Source of the DNA: Fibrobacterota bacterium
GTDB taxonomy: Bacteria; Fibrobacterota; OXYB2-FULL-49-7; JAEUSG01
Length of the DNA: 29,832 bases
Direction: 5' to 3'
Assembly (NCBI GenBank): GCA_016788315.1
Contig: JAEUSG010000385.1
Span: forward strand, 1-29,832
The position numbers and the translations under genes were made by a program. A model generated the notes under the pieces. That model had not been told where the DNA came from. It saw only the letters and a list, made by a program, of their open reading frames with translations, and made no database searches. Positions 25,178 to 29,832 of the stretch are shown piece by piece (positions within the stretch are counted from its first letter, which is position 1; each line of letters opens with the position of its first letter).

Positions 25178-27265
25178 TTATTTGGTCGTCTTTTCAGGCA
25201 CCTCTGGTGTAAGTTTCATCCCTTTAGCCATCAGACTTGCAATGAAGGCTGACAAAGTATTTGACTGGCCTCCGGAAGCGTCGCTGCCCTGAACTAAAAC
25301 ATCAGGTGTTATCTTAATCTGTCCATTTGAGATCTGTTTCATTATTTCAATTATAGCCAGAGGACTTGCACCTACCGCCATAGCCTGTTTTGTATAGGCT
25401 TCAGCTGTTGCCTGACCGATAGCTCTAATCTTCTCACCTTCAGCACGTCCTACAGCTTCAACACCTGCAGCAACGCCTTCCTGTTCGTAGCGTGTAGCTA
25501 AACCTTTACCTTCAGCGAGAGTAATGGCCTGCTGTTTCTGCTGCGTCGCTATTTGTACATCAATTTCTGCTTTTACAAGGCTTGGCTGAAGATCGGCCTG
25601 GGCCTTTGTTTTTTCCATCTCCTTGCGGCGAACTTCTGCTTCTCGCTGTGAATCAAACATGGACATCTGCTGACTTGCAACAACCTTATTTGTGAGAGTC
25701 TGCATAAGCCGTTCAGGCAGCATTATCTGGCAGATCAGCACACTGACGCATTCAACATGATAACGGCGAAGTTCCTCAGTCGCATGCTCTTCCGCTTTTC
25801 GCTGTTCTTCGTAGCGATCCTGCATGAATTTCATAGCCTCGCTGGAAGATGCCTGATTGCGGAATGAGCTATCGATAAGCGGATGAATAACATGTTCTAT
25901 AAGATTATCAATAGTACCGATACGAGCCACCATATGGGGAGCCTGCTGAGGCAGAACGCGGATAATAACTTTTACTTCAACTGTCATTTCAAAACCATCT
26001 TTAGAGACAATAGAAAGAGGGTTGAAGACCCGAGGAAATTTTTCATCAGCTTTGCTTGATGCCCAATCAATAGTAATATTGGTAGTTGGGATTAAGTGAG
26101 GAGTGAATGCAAGTTTGTTAAGATAATATGTACCAGGGCCAACTACTTCACTCTGAATACCTCTGTAGCCTGAATCAACGACGTAACGTTCAACACCCTC
26201 TTTAAGACGTTCTTCAGAGGAAGAGCTTTTAGATTCATTAGGAGTTTTTGCCATTTCAGAGGGGTCTTTTCCTATATTTGATACGATTACAGAAACTTCA
26301 CCGCGCTGAACCATAACAACTTCATCAGTTGCGATATCAAACATTAATGGATTGATGTAATATGTACCGGGTTTTAAAAAGTCAAGTTGAGGACCGCGCT
26401 GACCGCCATTGGAAAGGAAACCGGAAGCATCCTGAAAATCCTTGTGACCCTGAATGGATGCGGCAACATATTCTGTGGGAGGAAGAGGTTTTCCGTCGCG
26501 AGCAGTTACTAGTCCAACCTTTTTTGTTTGAACAACAACAGCATCGCGGACATCAACTTTAAATAATTTAGTGTTCACTCGATATACACCAGGCAACATG
26601 ATGTCAATTTGTGGACCTTTTTGGCCACCTTTTTCAAGAAACGATTGACCATTCTGAAAATTGTTATGTGCATCGACCCTTTTGCCGAGAAGACGGCCTG
26701 ATTCAATGGGTTCACCGTCTGCTGCCATCACTATACCGATTTTGTTGCTTGGAATGCTTGTAGCTGCAACCTTTTCGACCTGAAACAGATATGGATTAAT
26801 TCTGTAAAGGCCTGGAGGCAGTACTTCAATCTGTGGCCCTTTTTCACCGTTGTTTGCTAAAAAGGATTCACCGTCCTGAAACAGATTATGGTTGGAAACA
26901 ACTTTTGCAAAAATTCTGCCTGCAGGTACAGGCACACCGTCCACAGAGTCAACAAGGCCGACTTCATTTTCACCGATTGTGATCATGCTGTGCTTCGTTA
27001 CGCTGAAAATATATGGTATAAGGAAATGAAGTCCCGGTCCAAGAATACGGGCCTGTATACCGACTTCGTTTCTCATGGCGACAACACGACCTTCCGGCAT
27101 GCTGGCGCCGAACCAGCGTCGTTCAAGTACTGCAATATCTGTTCCGCCGACAATAACGACTGAACGATAAATAGTATAGCCAAGAGCAATAATGAGGATA
27201 ATCAGGAGAACAAGATTGAAACTCAGGTGGGAGACTAGAGCCGTGAGAGAAGAGAGACTTTCCAT
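25178..27265 (-). CDS. SPFH/band-7 (flotillin/YqiK-like) membrane protein carrying four or five internal ~85-aa tandem repeats.
   Basis: An N-terminal TM segment (LVLLIILIIALGYTIY) is present. Repeats have the pattern H..FQ.G.sFL..GG..GPQ...L.PG.Y.iNP.lF.V and span about aa 50-420. They are followed by an SPFH core and a coiled-coil flotillin-like C-terminus rich in E, A and Q. Confidence 0.75.
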   Translation of the reverse strand: MESLSSLTALVSHLSFNLVLLIILIIALGYTIYRSVVIVGGTDIAVLERRWFGASMPEGRVVAMRNEVGIQARILGPGLHFLIPYIFSVTKHSMITIGENEVGLVDSVDGVPVPAGRIFAKVVSNHNLFQDGESFLANNGEKGPQIEVLPPGLYRINPYLFQVEKVAATSIPSNKIGIVMAADGEPIESGRLLGKRVDAHNNFQNGQSFLEKGGQKGPQIDIMLPGVYRVNTKLFKVDVRDAVVVQTKKVGLVTARDGKPLPPTEYVAASIQGHKDFQDASGFLSNGGQRGPQLDFLKPGTYYINPLMFDIATDEVVMVQRGEVSVIVSNIGKDPSEMAKTPNESKSSSSEERLKEGVERYVVDSGYRGIQSEVVGPGTYYLNKLAFTPHLIPTTNITIDWASSKADEKFPRVFNPLSIVSKDGFEMTVEVKVIIRVLPQQAPHMVARIGTIDNLIEHVIHPLIDSSFRNQASSSEAMKFMQDRYEEQRKAEEHATEELRRYHVECVSVLICQIMLPERLMQTLTNKVVASQQMSMFDSQREAEVRRKEMEKTKAQADLQPSLVKAEIDVQIATQQKQQAITLAEGKGLATRYEQEGVAAGVEAVGRAEGEKIRAIGQATAEAYTKQAMAVGASPLAIIEIMKQISNGQIKITPDVLVQGSDASGGQSNTLSAFIASLMAKGMKLTPEVPEKTTK

Positions 27266-27337
27266 ATCTTTAATCCTTATATTAATGTTTACTGATTATT
27301 AAAATATTTTGTCAACTAAAGGGAATACAATAGATAT

Positions 27338-27367
27338 TTGACAGGTAAATAAATCAGCTCTTATATT
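27338..27367 (+). promoter_or_regulatory. Candidate sigma-70-type promoter for the cupin gene.
   Basis: TTGACA lies at 27338-27343, followed by a 17-18 nt spacer and TTATAT/TATATT at 27361-27367. A GGAGA Shine-Dalgarno sequence precedes the ATG at 27399. A divergent TTGACA on the opposite strand (27310-27315) could serve the SPFH operon. Confidence 0.35.
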
Positions 27368-27398
27368 GAAATAACTGAATTAAATATGGAGATACTAA

Positions 27399-27749
27399 AT
27401 GATACGTAAAAAAACAGAAATGTTGTCTGAAATAAGAGAAAAAATGCGCGGCGGAACCGGCAGCGTAAAAATCACTCATATGATCAAACCGGAAGAATTT
27501 AAAGCACCCGTTCGCCTTTGCTCACGTCTGACTATAGAAGCTGGCAGCGGTATAGGCCTTCACGAACATGCAACAGAGGATGAAGTTTACGTTGTTGTTA
27601 AAGGGAGCGGACTTCTCGACGAAGGAAACGGTAAGGTTAAAGTTGAAACAGGCGACGCAATTCTTACAGGCAATGGAGCCCGCCATTCTATTGAGAATCC
27701 TGGCCCTGAAACATTGGAACTCTACGCATTTATTGCAACTTACCAATAA
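27399..27749 (+). CDS. Cupin-domain protein (cupin_2 conserved barrel).
   Basis: The 116-aa product has the two cupin motifs G.G...HEH...E.YVVVKG and GDAI.....ARHS..N.G. Confidence 0.7.
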   Translation: MIRKKTEMLSEIREKMRGGTGSVKITHMIKPEEFKAPVRLCSRLTIEAGSGIGLHEHATEDEVYVVVKGSGLLDEGNGKVKVETGDAILTGNGARHSIENPGPETLELYAFIATYQ

Positions 27750-27767
27750 TAAATTTCAGTAGGAATG

Positions 27768-29832
27768 TTATTCCGGAAGGCCTGTTCTGAAAGCATCAGC
27801 CTTCCATCCCTTACTCTGCATATATAGATACAGAGTACGCCGATCGATGTTAAGGGCTTTTGCAGCTTTGACAACAACACCATTATGCTGAAATAAAGCA
27901 TTCCTTATAATTTCTGGATCACTTTGTCTGACTTTGAATGGTGTTCTAGGTTTACGCACCTTTCCGCTTACATTTGCAGGAAAAGAGAGATGATCAGATT
28001 CAATTTTGTCACCATCTGCTAATGCGGCGGCATTTTGGACTACGCTGAACAATTCACGGATATTTCCCGGCCAGCTGTAATTGCACAGCCGATTCATCGC
28101 CTCTTTGGAAAAAGAGAAATGGGTTCCAATCTGCTCCAGAGTATGAAGGGCAAGCAGCGGAATATCCTCCTTTCTTTCGTTTAAAGAAGGAAGATTTAAT
28201 GTTATTGCACTTATTCTAAAGTAAAGATCCTCCCGAAAAGCCCCTTTTTTGATCAGCGCAGCAAGATCTGCATTTGTTGCAATAATTAGACGTACATCTG
28301 AAGTAACCGGTTTATCAGATCCGAGAGGGTGAAACGTTCCATCATTCAGAAAGCGCAAGAGATAACCTTGAGCCGAAAGGGGTATATTGGCAATTTCATC
28401 TAAGAACAGGGTTCCCCCTCTGGCCGATTCAACTAGACCCTGCCGGTCACGTTCTGCTCCTGTAAAGGCCCCTTTTTTATGTCCAAAAAGTTCGCTTAAC
28501 ATCAAAGACTCTGGAAGAGCTCCCAGATCCGCTTTTATGAAAACTCCTTTAGAACGAAGACTGCGCTGATGTATCCAGCGGGCTAAAACCTCTTTGCCGG
28601 TTCCCGTTGCTCCGTTTATCAGAATGGTAGATTGTGAAACGGCTGCTCTTTCCGCCTGGCTCTTAATCTTTTCCAGCAAAGGACTCTGACCAATTATCAG
28701 AGATTGTTCACGCGCTTTAATCTGCTGTTTGAGTTCTTCAGCCTCTTCCTCTTTTTTGCGTAATGATCGGGACAACAGCTGCGATCGCTTTTCCATCACA
28801 GTGATATCATGGAAGAGATATCCACTGACATGCTGATACCGATTAAGTGACAGCCCTTTTGTATAGAATGGAGAAAAGCTGTAATAGTTTTTTGCTTCGT
28901 GGACAGATTGACATATCGGCTGAATAACAGGCTGATGGCTGCTGACAGATTTTACCGATAACTCCATTTCAACCAATGTTGTTAATCCTGCTCTCGGATT
29001 AAGGCATAGAGTCATCCCTTTTGGGGAGTGAGGGAAATGAGGATCTTCAAAAGCGGTATAACGGCGGCCGTTTATATCAAATGCAACTACATTTCCCCGT
29101 TTTATTACTGTAAAGTCGATCTGTTTTTCAGATCCAAGATCCCAGACAGGGCCGCATGCAGCAAGAAAGCCTCTGCGTTTTATAACAGATCGCCGGCTCG
29201 TTCCTTCAAAGCCGAAAAAATATTCCTCCATCTGTTCGGAATGCAGAGTGATGAAAAAATCCTCGAGGGAACGGCTTTTTACAGTTATTCTTAAATCAAA
29301 ATCTTCTTTTTCTGTAAATATGGGATAATCCAAAGTATAAGGAGCATCTATTGAACTTGTATGTTTGAATCCTTTTAAATTCTGACCGCTTAGAAGTTGA
29401 CCGGGTAAAGGAAGCTTGGATATTTGATCATTTTGCCATAATGAAGGGCTGCGATCAAATAGGTCTGTCGCTTTCCTGTGCAGCCACTCTGTATTAGGGC
29501 CATTTTTACAATATAGGGAGATAAATGGGCTGTTATATCCGAGAATGGTATCACTTTCACGATCAAATAACAGAAGAAATGTTTGCTCAACAGTTTCCAA
29601 ATCGGGAAATAGGTTGTTCATTGTTATATGACCCAAATACTGCCCAGGGTTTATTTCCCGTGTGTACAACATTGAAAGGGGTAATGAAGTGACCACTCGG
29701 TTTTCCCGAAAGGCCATTTCCGGAGCCGGGAGTTGCGGGAAAACTTGAAGAATTCCCTCCGTTCCTTTTGCCGGGACAAAAGCATATAACTCTAAAAGTG
29801 CCCGCTGCTGTTTGAGTGATGCGGCGAGTGAT
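27768..29832 (-). CDS. Sigma-54-dependent transcriptional activator (bEBP) with an uncharacterised N-terminal sensory region, an AAA+ sigma-54 interaction domain and a C-terminal Fis-type HTH. Its 5' end is possibly truncated by the window edge.
   Basis: Walker A (GATGTGKEVLA), the GAFTGA motif (ELFGHKKGAFTGA), Walker B/arginine-finger regions and a C-terminal HTH (VVKAAKALNIDRRTLYLYMQ) are present. The first in-frame ATG is at 29715-29717 (MAFRENR...). My hand translation shows the reading frame stays open upstream to nt 29832 with no stop. Confidence 0.85.
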   Translation of the reverse strand, partial: SLAASLKQQRALLELYAFVPAKGTEGILQVFPQLPAPEMAFRENRVVTSLPLSMLYTREINPGQYLGHITMNNLFPDLETVEQTFLLLFDRESDTILGYNSPFISLYCKNGPNTEWLHRKATDLFDRSPSLWQNDQISKLPLPGQLLSGQNLKGFKHTSSIDAPYTLDYPIFTEKEDFDLRITVKSRSLEDFFITLHSEQMEEYFFGFEGTSRRSVIKRRGFLAACGPVWDLGSEKQIDFTVIKRGNVVAFDINGRRYTAFEDPHFPHSPKGMTLCLNPRAGLTTLVEMELSVKSVSSHQPVIQPICQSVHEAKNYYSFSPFYTKGLSLNRYQHVSGYLFHDITVMEKRSQLLSRSLRKKEEEAEELKQQIKAREQSLIIGQSPLLEKIKSQAERAAVSQSTILINGATGTGKEVLARWIHQRSLRSKGVFIKADLGALPESLMLSELFGHKKGAFTGAERDRQGLVESARGGTLFLDEIANIPLSAQGYLLRFLNDGTFHPLGSDKPVTSDVRLIIATNADLAALIKKGAFREDLYFRISAITLNLPSLNERKEDIPLLALHTLEQIGTHFSFSKEAMNRLCNYSWPGNIRELFSVVQNAAALADGDKIESDHLSFPANVSGKVRKPRTPFKVRQSDPEIIRNALFQHNGVVVKAAKALNIDRRTLYLYMQSKGWKADAFRTGLPE

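Overview
This window is the chromosomal replication-origin neighbourhood of an AT-rich bacterium, most likely from the FCB superphylum. The evidence for that lineage is two large proteins with T9SS-type C-terminal sorting domains and a sigma-54 enhancer-binding protein. Shine-Dalgarno sequences are used, so it does not look like a classical Bacteroidia. On the minus strand there is a conserved operon: mnmG(gidA)-rsmG(gidB)-parA-parB-bactofilin-htrA. A ~1.3 kb non-coding block lies between mnmG and dnaA. Within it, a ~1.05 kb mosaic repeat array is bracketed by two canonical parS sites, followed by a DnaA-box cluster that is the likely oriC. dnaA sits divergent to rpmH-rnpA-yidD-yidC; rpmH is missing from the ORF track because it is under 60 aa. 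Downstream is a giant ~2521-aa modular T9SS cargo protein, convergent with a 947-aa beta-propeller T9SS cargo protein; the two share a GC-rich hairpin. The window ends with a repeat-containing SPFH/flotillin-like membrane protein co-operonic with pgl and zwf, then a cupin protein, then a sigma-54-dependent activator whose ORF is open at the window edge. The start of the window holds the 3' part of an archaeal-type cofactor-independent phosphoglycerate mutase and a lipoprotein gene. The most unusual element is the parS-bracketed, origin-adjacent repeat array. It carries 7 co-oriented copies of a GATC-containing 24-mer, 11 copies of a 15-bp element in both orientations, and a perfect 16-bp hairpin. 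I cannot assign it a known function. No tRNA or rRNA genes, CRISPR arrays, transposases or integrases were recognised.
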